62,537 bases of DNA from the NCBI GenBank assembly GCA_016190625.1, contig JACPQF010000075.1:1-62537 (forward strand), read 5' to 3'. Source of the stretch: Chloroflexota bacterium. Its GTDB lineage: Bacteria > Chloroflexota > Dehalococcoidia > JACPQF01. This document shows, piece after piece, positions 34,235 through 43,354 of this stretch. The position numbers and the translations under genes are program-made. The notes beneath the pieces are model-generated. The model did no database searches, had not been told where the DNA came from, and saw nothing but the letters and a program-made list of their open reading frames with translations. Positions within the stretch are counted from its first letter, which is position 1. The number at the start of each line of letters is the position of its first letter.

Positions 34235-34840
34235 ATGAAGCGAGACAAAGCGAAGATTGCTGGCTTGGTCCTGGCCGCCGGCTACTCTAGCCGTATGGGC
34301 AGCTTCAAGCCTTTGCTCCCCCTTGGTGACGCTACCGTGATTGAAAAGTCCGTGGGCAGTCTCCTCGGAGCCGGCGTGAAGGACGTGAGTGTGGTCGTCG
34401 GCTGGCGGGCCAACGAGATCGTCTCCCTCTTGGGCACACCCGGAGTGAAGGCGGTTTACAATCCCCATTATGACTTGGGCATGTACTCCTCGGTTGTGGC
34501 CGGCGTTGGCAGCCTGGGTCCGGCAGTCGACGCCTTCCTCCTGCTGCCAGGCGACTATCCGCTGGTAAAGCCCCATACCGTGCAGTCTCTGATTGGCGCC
34601 TACCTAAACAGCCGGGCGGGAATCGTCTACCCCCGCTATCTGGGTCGCCGGGGCCATCCCCCCCTTATCGAAAGGAGGTACGTGGAAGAAGCCCCCGACG
34701 CTAGCCAGCCAGGCGGACTAAGAACAGTGCTGAGACGTCATGAAGACGAAGCGATAGACGTCGTGGTAGACGATCAGGGTGTAATCATGGATCTGGATAT
34801 TCCTGACGATTACGCGAAGGCGCTGTTCCGTTGCAAGTAG
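34235..34840 (+). CDS. MobA/MocA-like nucleotidyltransferase (molybdenum cofactor cytidylyl/guanylyl-transferase family)
   Basis: GLVLAAGYSSRMGSFKPLLPL and LLPGDYPLV. Confidence 0.8.
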   Translation: MKRDKAKIAGLVLAAGYSSRMGSFKPLLPLGDATVIEKSVGSLLGAGVKDVSVVVGWRANEIVSLLGTPGVKAVYNPHYDLGMYSSVVAGVGSLGPAVDAFLLLPGDYPLVKPHTVQSLIGAYLNSRAGIVYPRYLGRRGHPPLIERRYVEEAPDASQPGGLRTVLRRHEDEAIDVVVDDQGVIMDLDIPDDYAKALFRCK

Positions 34841-34854
34841 CTCGCAGCTAGCCT

Positions 34855-36300
34855 TTAGTCCGTCGTCGAGACAGCGTCCCGCCGCTGCTTGTCTCGCGCG
34901 GCCACAAAGCGCTGACGCGCCGCATCCGGGATGAGAAACACCAGCGGAATAGCTGCTAGGGCGGCGAGACCAAGTCCCAGAAACACCACCTTTAGTCCCA
35001 TTGCTTCATCCTGAAACTGGCTGACCACCAGGACGGTGGTCGCCAACCCGAACGTGCCGCCTGTCGAGCGAAACATGCCGCGGATGCCAACCACTGCTGC
35101 CACCTTCCCTGGCACGAGGTCCAGGGAGGCGTTGCTGGATGGCGGCGCCGCCGTCCCGTGTCCGAGGCCTAACAGCATCACTATCGCCGAGAGCAGCACA
35201 ACGTTTGGTATCTGCAGACCCATGAGCGATGCGTCGTGATAGTACTGGCTTACCAGCAGCAAGCTCGTCGCACTGAAGAGAAAGCCCAAGATCATCGGGA
35301 AGCGATAGCCCCAGCGAATGAGGAACACGCTGCTCACCGTCGAGGCGGCTATCATTGCCAATGAACGGGGCGTCAGGATCATGCCGCTCTCTGCGGCGGT
35401 CATGTCATAGACTTTAGTGGCCAAATACGGGATATACCCCATTGCGCTGAACAGCACAAGTCCGTAGAGAAAGTTATACAAGTTCGTCGCCAGAAACGGG
35501 CGAGTGCGGAGCAGTTCCAGCTCGATTATCGGCGAGGGAGTGCGGCCCTCGTGCCGCAGGAATAACACCAGGATGATCAGGCCGACGACAGCCACCACCC
35601 AGGTAGTCGGGTTCCCGAGAGATGTTGTATCGTTGCTCCAAGTGGTCATGGCCGCCAGGACGGCGACCATACCGCCGGCGAAGAGGCCGATGCCGAAGGT
35701 ATCTACCTGCTTGCCCCCGGCGGACCGTCCTCCCCGGGGAATGAGCACTAGCCCGAGGAGAAATATGATGGCCCCAAAGGGGATGTTGCCGTAGAACATC
35801 CAGCGCCAGGAGAAGTGGTCGATGATAAACCCGCCGATGTTGGGGCCGATCACGCCGCCGATTGGCATGACCGAGGTGAACATGCCGATGGCGGCCGCCC
35901 GGCGGTCGCCAAAGCAATCGCTTACGATACTCGTCGCCGAAGTCATCAGGCCGGCATGCGACAGCGCCTGCAGCATACGAGCGAGAACAAGAACGTAGAC
36001 GTCGGGCGCCGCTCCCGCCAGAATAGAGCTGAAGACGAAGAGCACCACCGCCCCCAGGAAAACCCGGCGGGCCCCCCAATCGTCGGCTAGCTTACCCGAG
36101 ATCGGCATGAGTATGCTCGAAGCGAGCTGATAGCCGGTCAGCGTCCAGCCTACCCAGGCGAGGTTGGTATCCAAGTCCTTCAGCATAGTCGGAAGAGCAA
36201 CCGACACAATGGTACCCGTTATGGAGGTCATCAGGAAACCACCGGACAGAGCCGCAAAGATCAAGTAGGCTCGCCTGTCAACCAAGCTCATCTCTCGCAC
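34855..36300 (-). CDS. MFS transporter, DHA2-like, paralog 4
   Basis: Same architecture and motifs (ISGKLADDWGARRV). The start may be ATG 36291 (MSLVDRR). Confidence 0.9.
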   Translation of the reverse strand: MREMSLVDRRAYLIFAALSGGFLMTSITGTIVSVALPTMLKDLDTNLAWVGWTLTGYQLASSILMPISGKLADDWGARRVFLGAVVLFVFSSILAGAAPDVYVLVLARMLQALSHAGLMTSATSIVSDCFGDRRAAAIGMFTSVMPIGGVIGPNIGGFIIDHFSWRWMFYGNIPFGAIIFLLGLVLIPRGGRSAGGKQVDTFGIGLFAGGMVAVLAAMTTWSNDTTSLGNPTTWVVAVVGLIILVLFLRHEGRTPSPIIELELLRTRPFLATNLYNFLYGLVLFSAMGYIPYLATKVYDMTAAESGMILTPRSLAMIAASTVSSVFLIRWGYRFPMILGFLFSATSLLLVSQYYHDASLMGLQIPNVVLLSAIVMLLGLGHGTAAPPSSNASLDLVPGKVAAVVGIRGMFRSTGGTFGLATTVLVVSQFQDEAMGLKVVFLGLGLAALAAIPLVFLIPDAARQRFVAARDKQRRDAVSTTD

Positions 36301-36350
36301 ATCGTCAATTAAAGCGGACGTATCTCAAACGGCGTCTCTAGCGAATAGGA

Positions 36351-36388
36351 GCAGTATAGCCTGCTCTTACGGTTACGTCAAGGTTAGA
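36351..36388 (-). promoter_or_regulatory. conserved 38-nt promoter/operator block, copy C
   Basis: -35 at 36376-36381 and -10 at 36353-36358 (minus strand). Confidence 0.7.
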
Positions 36389-36426
36389 CTGGCGAACAAC
36401 TGCCTGCTCTATTGCGACAGGGCGGC

Positions 36427-36475
36427 GAGAAAAGACACAGGCGAGAGAATGGCATTTGCTGTCATCTCTCGCCTG
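36427..36475 (-). terminator. intrinsic terminator after the cytochrome gene
   Basis: Stem CAGGCGAGAGA / TCTCTCGCCTG followed on the minus strand by TGTCTTTTCTC. Confidence 0.6.
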
Positions 36476-36500
36476 CGCGATGCTCACGTGATCTTACGAA

Positions 36501-38522
36501 CTATCTAGCGTGTACCTTGCTTACGGCGAACTCACGCCCCTCATTGTGGCAGACTTTGCAGCTCTCAGCGCCGTCCACAGTCTGAGCAGCGGCATGAGTC
36601 TTGGCCGGCCCACTGTCGTGGCAGCCTGTACAGGCAGCCGTGATCGGCGGTATCGAGGTGACGACCTTATCGCCAACTTTCACCGTCGTCGGAATGACAC
36701 CCCGAGCGAAGTTCAGCAACTGGGAGCCGGGCACGTGGCACTTCTCGCAGTTCCGTCGGTCGCCTGGGAAGCGCACCTCAGACAGATCGATCGGTCGGAC
36801 GTTGCTTGCGCCTCCGCCATAGATGACGAGCTTATCGTTCTGCTCCTCGCCGGTGTGGATCTTGTGGATCAACCGCTTGAAGTCGATAGGCTCGGGTGGC
36901 AGCGGGCCGCCAACGGATGCTCTCTTGACAGCGTCGCTGTTGTTGGGATTGTGGCAGAGCACGCAGAACTCCGTGTTGACGCGGCTACCGCCGTGCAGCG
37001 CCAGCTTCTCGTGGCAGACGTTGCAGTTATTGACGTCGACGATCTGTTTGCGCGACTGAGCTACAGTGCCGGTCACGGCGGCGTACGCAACCTTGTTGAA
37101 CCCAACGTTCCGAGCTGCAACTGTATTGCCTGCCCAATCCTTGAGATTCTGATTCAAGATGCCCTGAACACCTGCCGCATACGTGCCTGTGGCGTCAGCG
37201 GGTATCTTTGCCGTGAAGGTGTAGCTGTAGTTGCCGTCACCAGTCGCCGTGGCGCCGGTGGCCGTCTCTGCTACGGGAATGGTAGCATAGTCGGTGGTCG
37301 GCCCGGAAAGGACGAAAGATAGGCTGGACATCTCCGATGGTTTGATGGGCTGGCCGGCGTTGTCCTTGATATTGAACACAACCGTCGGCGACTGGCCGGG
37401 CTTCGCCGTCAAGTTCACGATCTCGAAGTTGACTCCCCTCAGTTGTTTCGACCGGTCGGGAATCGTGTGAGCTCCGGTCACCGATAGGTCAAACTCCTGG
37501 CCGTCCGCCGGGTGGCAGGTTTTGCAAGCCGTATTGGGCTGTGCGCCACCGCCATGATTGGCGCCTGTCTGGAAGTTGACATTGTCGTGGCAGGCCCCAC
37601 AGGCCTCGGCGCTGGGTTGAGTCTTCCATACATCGCCCTGCTTTCCTTTATGGCAGGTCGTGCAATTGCGGGTATCCTGCGGAAAGACGATGTCGCTGAA
37701 ATTGTGATTCTCGCCGCCGATAAAGTAGGCCTTGCCTGCCTTCACGCTGGGAAGATTCGCTCCGCTATGGATTTTGTGGACGAGAACACGGAATTCCACG
37801 GAGTTTCCGCTTTGCGGGTCGACGTTTTGCCCGGTGTGGCAGGTTACACAGTAATCAGTTTCCCGACGCGTCGTTCCGTGAACGGCCAGCGGATCGTGGC
37901 ATTGATTACAGGCCGCTGTCGTGACAACCTCCCGCTGGGCTTTCGTTCCGCCTGACGGAACAAAATCGAAGGTAGCATTGCTAACGGCTGCCCGATTGTC
38001 TCGCGTGACCTGGCTACCGATGCGATACGTGGCCGCCGGGTCGAATCCGGCTGGCACGGCAGCCTTGAACGCGTACTGAAACGAGCCGCCGCCCTGGTCG
38101 GTAAACGTTCCGCCGCTATCGGCGCCAGGCTGAGTCGCGGTGTCGAGAGCGGGCTTGCGAGTCTCGCCCTTGAACACGAAATCCCTTCCCTGAACCTGAT
38201 TCACGACGAAGTTTTCCCAAAAGGTGCGCCCGGTACCTGTCTCCTGCTTGAGCACGGCAATGTCGAACCGCAGGCTGTTGGCGTCGACATCGGTCAGGCG
38301 AAGCGGGCTTCCCTTGGCGTCGGTCAGCTTGAACGACACCACGGGCTTGCGGTCGCCGGGAATGGACGCGCTGGTGATAGCCAGCTTCACGCCACCTGTA
38401 GCCGGCGTAGATTCACCATTCACGACCGAGTTGGAATGAACAAGCTGATACACAACCATGAACAGGGACAATGTTACGATTGAGCCGACGATTGTCAGAA
38501 TCGTTCTGACGCGATGGTGCAT
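36501..38522 (-). CDS. membrane-anchored decaheme c-type cytochrome (MtrC/OmcA-like four-domain architecture)
   Basis: Ten CxxCH motifs arranged 5 + 5 around beta-rich segments, with an N-terminal TM helix. RBS AGGAGGGAGA. Start taken at MHHRVRT, so the track start at 38684 is over-extended. Confidence 0.9.
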   Translation of the reverse strand: MHHRVRTILTIVGSIVTLSLFMVVYQLVHSNSVVNGESTPATGGVKLAITSASIPGDRKPVVSFKLTDAKGSPLRLTDVDANSLRFDIAVLKQETGTGRTFWENFVVNQVQGRDFVFKGETRKPALDTATQPGADSGGTFTDQGGGSFQYAFKAAVPAGFDPAATYRIGSQVTRDNRAAVSNATFDFVPSGGTKAQREVVTTAACNQCHDPLAVHGTTRRETDYCVTCHTGQNVDPQSGNSVEFRVLVHKIHSGANLPSVKAGKAYFIGGENHNFSDIVFPQDTRNCTTCHKGKQGDVWKTQPSAEACGACHDNVNFQTGANHGGGAQPNTACKTCHPADGQEFDLSVTGAHTIPDRSKQLRGVNFEIVNLTAKPGQSPTVVFNIKDNAGQPIKPSEMSSLSFVLSGPTTDYATIPVAETATGATATGDGNYSYTFTAKIPADATGTYAAGVQGILNQNLKDWAGNTVAARNVGFNKVAYAAVTGTVAQSRKQIVDVNNCNVCHEKLALHGGSRVNTEFCVLCHNPNNSDAVKRASVGGPLPPEPIDFKRLIHKIHTGEEQNDKLVIYGGGASNVRPIDLSEVRFPGDRRNCEKCHVPGSQLLNFARGVIPTTVKVGDKVVTSIPPITAACTGCHDSGPAKTHAAAQTVDGAESCKVCHNEGREFAVSKVHAR

Positions 38523-38989
38523 TCTTCTCTCCCTCCTACAGATTACGGTGCAGGCTACGTAATCTCGGTTCTCATTATCGTTGCTACGTGATAACCGATG
38601 GCCCGGACTTCTGACCTGACCTTCCGACCTTTGCCTGCCTTCCACCACGCAGTAGAAGTCCCCGATTCTCCTATTCCATCGCAATCACCCCCCTTTCCCA
38701 CCAGGTCGGTCGCCAGCAGGCCATTAGCTGCCTTGACAGGCAAAAGAAGAAAGCCCATGGCTGGGCACGTGAGCCGCCAAGCCATAGGCGTTCATCATTG
38801 CCTACAGTCGGGATGCCAACGTCAACATCCACTGGTTCGACCTTATGCTAGTGCGATTGAGTTATAGCATACACACGAACCAAATACAACGGGTTGCCGG
38901 TCTAATTGTAAAGTAATTCACGAATCGATATCGGCAGAAAAGGGCCTGTTTGGCTATCAATCGTATCCTTTCGCCATCGCACTGTCCTG

Positions 38990-39181
38990 TTGAGTGACCC
39001 CAACGCCCCTGCCGTGACGCCATTCACCTTTGAAGGCCGCCCGGTAGTCGAGATCGCCCGGTCGGGCGATGCGCCGGGCAGCGTCGAGACGTCAACCGGT
39101 GTGGCCGTTGGCGTGAAGGGCGATGTGTTCGTCGCCGACCGGGCGAAAAAACAAATACTGCGGTTCATCGCCGAGCATTAA
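38990..39181 (+). pseudogene. isolated NHL-repeat-like fragment
   Basis: GVAVGVKGDVFVADRAKKQILRF resembles a single NHL blade. 63 aa with no context. Confidence 0.25.
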
Positions 39182-39363
39182 CATTACTTTCATGAGATGA
39201 TCATGGTCGAGTCGTCGTATCCCGCCAGAAAACCAGGGATGGAAAGTAGCATTTGTCAGTTCTCAGCCGAATTGGCACAGATGTTGCATCCCTTTGATAT
39301 CACTGCTCTTTGAAGACCGATGGAAAAGACAGGCTTAGGCCTGCAGACATGAGGGTGAGCGCG

Positions 39364-40482
39364 ATGGTACGACGACAGAAGTTGGTTTTCGCCACAGTTA
39401 TCTTGGCTGCCGCACTCCTGTTGCTGCCAGCCTCGGTCGCGACGTTTCCTTCGCCCGGCGCCGTTCGCGGCCCAACAGGTGATAGCATCTCCTCTCTGCC
39501 GTCTGAGGATGATGGCGCGGCAGAGCCGGCGCGCGCCAGGTTCCTCAAACCCGGGCCGTCACAGGTGGCGGTCGGGTCCTTGGCCAACGGCGACCAGCTT
39601 CAAGTTGTGTCCAAGATAACCCACTCTTTCATCAGTTGGCGACCTGAAGATTTGCCGTCAATCGAGAACGCCGCACGCAAAGCCACGGAAAACGGCCAGG
39701 TGGCCATGATCAGTTGGGAGCCGAGGCTAGCCGAGAGACCCGATCCTTCGTCCACAGGCCCCGACCGACTCGTTCTGCAACGCATCGCCGATGGCGAGCT
39801 TGACGACTACATCAGAGATGCGGCCCGCGTCCTGAAAGGTAGCTCACAGCCCATCATCCTGCGTTTCGCCCACGAGATGGACCTGCCCTTCGACAATTAT
39901 CATGGCTGGTACGGCCTGGCGCCAGATGTCTACATCGTCGCTTTCCGGCACGTCCACGACATCTTCGCCGAGGAGCAGGTCGACAACGTCATCTGGCTAT
40001 GGTCTCCTGGAGGGCGCCTCGACGATAACGGCAAGCTCACCTCTCTAGCGTGGTATCCGGGCAATGACTACGTGGACATGGTAGGCCTCTCGGTATTTGT
40101 GTATTGGCGGTGGGAGGAGATAGTCTCGCCGAGCAGGCAGCCGGCGCATTCCTTTCGGTCTCCCCAAGAGGCCATCGAGCCGGCGTACAGAGATCTAGCG
40201 CTGCTGAACAAGCCCATAATCCTCGCCGAGGTCGGGGCGGATCTTCATCCTAGTCGAAAGGGCGAAAGAGCTCGCTGGCTGTTATCCCTTCTCGACCTGG
40301 TCAAGCAGCCGTCCTTCGACAAGATCGTGGCGGTCGTCTTCTTCAACGCCCCTCACCCCGTCGACAACTACAGCGCCGACTGGCGCCTTGGTCCCGACGA
40401 AATGAACGCGGTCATAAATGCCATGAAGGGCGACGCGTTGTTTGATGCCGGGCCACGGCAGGATAGTGGAAACACGCCATAA
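39364..40482 (+). CDS. secreted glycoside hydrolase, GH26-like (beta-mannanase/endoglucanase COG4124-like)
   Basis: ISWEPR, LRFAHEMD, WLWSPGG, YPGNDYVDMVGLS and ILAEVGA. Signal-peptide-like MVRRQKLVFATVILAAALLLL. Alternative starts at 39349 and 39310. Confidence 0.65.
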   Translation: MVRRQKLVFATVILAAALLLLPASVATFPSPGAVRGPTGDSISSLPSEDDGAAEPARARFLKPGPSQVAVGSLANGDQLQVVSKITHSFISWRPEDLPSIENAARKATENGQVAMISWEPRLAERPDPSSTGPDRLVLQRIADGELDDYIRDAARVLKGSSQPIILRFAHEMDLPFDNYHGWYGLAPDVYIVAFRHVHDIFAEEQVDNVIWLWSPGGRLDDNGKLTSLAWYPGNDYVDMVGLSVFVYWRWEEIVSPSRQPAHSFRSPQEAIEPAYRDLALLNKPIILAEVGADLHPSRKGERARWLLSLLDLVKQPSFDKIVAVVFFNAPHPVDNYSADWRLGPDEMNAVINAMKGDALFDAGPRQDSGNTP

Positions 40483-40535
40483 CCCGCCAATGGCCGAGAC
40501 GCTGTCCGAAGCAGTCAGAGACGATCTATGATCCT

Positions 40536-40925
40536 TCATGGGGCAGCGAACTTCCGCTTCAAACTTGAGCCGCCCCGGCTCTCATGGATACTCCGATCTA
40601 GGACCTCTCTGACGTTGGCCCGGAGTGCCGGTAGCTTGTTGACAACCACATCCCACACGATGTCAAAGTCAACGCCAAAGTAGCCATGAATGAGACGATC
40701 GCGCATTCCTGCCGTGGCGCGCCATTCGATGGCAGGATACTTCTGGCGGAAGGAAGGAGGGATCTGCTTAACCGCTTCGCCAATAATCTCAATGCTGCGT
40801 ACCCAGGCGCGCTTAAGGGTCTCATCCTCCAAGAATGTTGCCATTTCGAGTCCTTTGGCGCTCCTTAAGAGAAAGTCCGCCTCGTCCATAATATGCTGGA
40901 GGTATTCACGCACCGACAGGGGCAT
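40536..40925 (-). CDS. hepT: HepT-like (DUF86) ribonuclease toxin
   Basis: Rx4HxY motif RDRLIHGY. Overlaps the upstream MntA gene. Confidence 0.85.
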   Translation of the reverse strand: MPLSVREYLQHIMDEADFLLRSAKGLEMATFLEDETLKRAWVRSIEIIGEAVKQIPPSFRQKYPAIEWRATAGMRDRLIHGYFGVDFDIVWDVVVNKLPALRANVREVLDRSIHESRGGSSLKRKFAAP

Positions 40926-41217
40926 ACTCAACCTCGCGTAGGATATACGGGCCGATGTACGGACTCAACGACTCAGTTGTGATGAGATCGACTGGCCGTC
41001 CAAACAAATCTTCGAGGTAGAAGGCAATCTGCATAAAGTGGTCAAATGTCTTCTGACCCGGCTCGAAGTCGACGAGGATATCAACGTCACTCTGATCCCT
41101 CGAAACATTCCGCACGAACGAGCCAAAGAGACCGCAGCGCCGCACGCCCAGTCGCCGCAGCTCCGCATGGTGCTTCTGCAAAAGAGCCAGGATTTCTTCT
41201 TTGTTTTGAACTGTCAT
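40906..41217 (-). CDS. mntA: MntA-type nucleotidyltransferase antitoxin
   Basis: LFGSFVRNVSRDQSDVDILVDF (GSx10DxD). Confidence 0.85.
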   Translation of the reverse strand: MTVQNKEEILALLQKHHAELRRLGVRRCGLFGSFVRNVSRDQSDVDILVDFEPGQKTFDHFMQIAFYLEDLFGRPVDLITTESLSPYIGPYILREVEYAPVGA

Positions 41218-41388
41218 TCCGTACCTCGCATTCAGATTTCGCGCTTAGACAGGCAGGAAGAACGCCTGTGCTCTCAACGGCAACCTGAGAGCGCAGGCGT
41301 CCTGCCCTGCAGTGTCGGAACATGGTGAGTGTGAACTCGCCTGTGAACCACCCTCGCGGCCATGCTTGGCAATCGTCGCCTTCGCATT

Positions 41389-41973
41389 CTAGCCGGCGTG
41401 AGGCACCCAACTTATGTCCAGTATCGTATTCGTCGGATTCTCCGTGCGGAAGCGGGCTTCCACCTGCATCCCGATGGTGGGAGTCCCGTGCTCCAAGCAG
41501 CCCTTGAAGATGGTGCAAACGCCGGGCAGCTCGACGTCCACCTGATAATAGGGCGTTGTCGGCTCGATAGCGGTGCCAGCGTACTCCACACGGGCGTAGG
41601 TATGCACCGTACCGATCACGGGTTGCAGTATCTCCTGCCAGGCCATGGGCTGGTTGCAGTCCGGACAGTCGGCCCGGGGCGGCAGCCAGAGCCTCTTCTC
41701 CTCGCACTCAGGATTGACACACCTGGTGGCCAATAGTCTGCCTTCGGTTAGGGCCTTGAAGAAGGGGGTCAGTTTCCCATAGGTGTGCCTGTGAGTCAAG
41801 CTTCTCGGCCACTCGATCACCACGGCGCGCTCCGAAGACAGCACTGTGGCAGGTTCGCCGATGTATTTGGTACATTCATCAGTCGATTTCATCTTTTTCC
41901 CCTCTGTCATATCTCTGCGAGTGACCAGCAGGCGATCAATCGTATCGCTGTGGTCGCCGTCCGTTCCCGCCAT
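41389..41973 (-). CDS. DUF35 Zn-ribbon/OB-fold protein
   Basis: CVNPECEEKRLWLPPRADCPDCNQPM zinc ribbon followed by an OB-like segment. The start is uncertain (internal MTEGKK or MKSTDE). Confidence 0.7.
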   Translation of the reverse strand: MAGTDGDHSDTIDRLLVTRRDMTEGKKMKSTDECTKYIGEPATVLSSERAVVIEWPRSLTHRHTYGKLTPFFKALTEGRLLATRCVNPECEEKRLWLPPRADCPDCNQPMAWQEILQPVIGTVHTYARVEYAGTAIEPTTPYYQVDVELPGVCTIFKGCLEHGTPTIGMQVEARFRTENPTNTILDISWVPHAG

Positions 41974-41992
41974 GCTGATAGCTGACCTCTAC

Positions 41993-42337
41993 CTAGAAAG
42001 CCTTCCTCATCATCCCCACCGTCACGTGCGATCCCACGCCGGCATGGGAAACCCACAGCGCCTGTTTGGCAGCCGGAACCTGCAGGCTAGACCAGTCGTC
42101 CGGCTTCTTCTTGCCGAAGGACTCCCAGATCTTGGGGTCGCCGTGAAACTTGTCGTACTTGTTCTGGAGCTGCCAGAGGCATTCAACCCCCTGGAAGATG
42201 CCCGTGGCGCCCACGGCGTGCATAGTGCCGATCAGGCCACCGGACAAGTTGGCCGGGCATTTGCCGCCGTAGTAGGCGTCCCCCGATTCGATGTAGTCTG
42301 GCTCCCGCCCAGTGGTCGGCGAAACTGCCGGCGGCAA
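41993..42337 (-). pseudogene. thiolase-superfamily C-terminal fragment
   Basis: PANLSGGLIGTMHAVGATGIFQGVECLWQL corresponds to the last ~100 aa of SCP-x-type thiolases. About 280 N-terminal residues are missing. Confidence 0.6.
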
Positions 42338-42915
42338 TGAAATTGATGAGACCTTTGACCTCGCGCGGCGACAGTTTCAGATCATTCTGTCGAGCATCTG
42401 GCGAAAGGCCACCATCACCTGTTCCTCGACCCTCATTTCCGAACAGAATTTCTTATACTCGGTCATCCGCCGGCAACGGCGAATACTCTTCTGTTTCACT
42501 TGGGAACCCGCCAGTTGCCCTCCTTCAGAACTATCATCGATTGCTCCTTTCCCGCCCAAGCGGTTCATGGCAAGGGTGATCCTCAGATCTATTATACAGG
42601 ATATTAAGATACGAGTAGAACGGGAACCAGCCCACCATCGGCCAACCCTGGGACAGGCCAACCCTGGGATGTTGATACTTTCGCCTGTTGCCCGTATACT
42701 GGAAGTAAGGTGACAGTAGACTTCACAAACTACCAGCTCGGACCCCAGCCAGATAGTCTTTTCGAGCTTCCGCCGGGGACCAAGGTCATCGACCTTCCGT
42801 CGAACCTGCTGGGCATGCCTGGCAGCATGCCGACGCCAGGGCGCTAGAGGCTCACCAGGTCGCTGAGATTTGCGTCGTGCAAGGAATAAGAGAACAGTAG
42901 AAGGAGGATCCCGAT

Positions 42916-43203
42916 ATGTATGGCACCATAGCTAAGCTACGCGTCAAGCCGGGCCACGTGGGTGGCCTGAAACTTGTGATGGAGGGCAGTGCAACGCCGC
43001 CGGGAGCGGTGGCCATCTACGGCTATGAGATGGATGCCAACCCCAACGAGGTCTGGTTGGCAGTGGTTTTCGAGAGCAAAGAGGCCTACGTGGCCAACGC
43101 CAACAGCCCGGAGCAACACCAGCGATATCTGGAGATGATGGCCTACCTCGAGGCCGAGCCGGAATGGCACGATGGAGGATTATTGTTCTCAAAAACGATC
43201 TAG
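42916..43203 (+). CDS. ABM-like small protein
   Basis: 95 aa with VWLAVVFESKEAYVANANSPEQHQRY. RBS GAAGGAGGA. Confidence 0.6.
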   Translation: MYGTIAKLRVKPGHVGGLKLVMEGSATPPGAVAIYGYEMDANPNEVWLAVVFESKEAYVANANSPEQHQRYLEMMAYLEAEPEWHDGGLLFSKTI

Positions 43204-43354
43204 CGGTCTACAAGCTGCGTGCGCAGGGCGTAACGGCGAGTGCCTATGTCTTGCGGAGAAGCCAACCGATCACCGGAAGGGAATGATCGCTGAGCCCGCG
43301 TCGGTTAACGAGATGCATAGACGAATTGTAGACGATTAATAGTCGATTTTCAAC

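Noticed and set aside
38523-38989. A possible regulatory motif ACGTAGC repeated twice in the cytochrome 5' region, and its resemblance to ACGTAAC in the MFS promoter block.
   Set aside because: The 7-mers are short and not identical. No convincing -35/-10 could be assigned upstream of the cytochrome gene. The evidence is too weak to claim a shared regulator.
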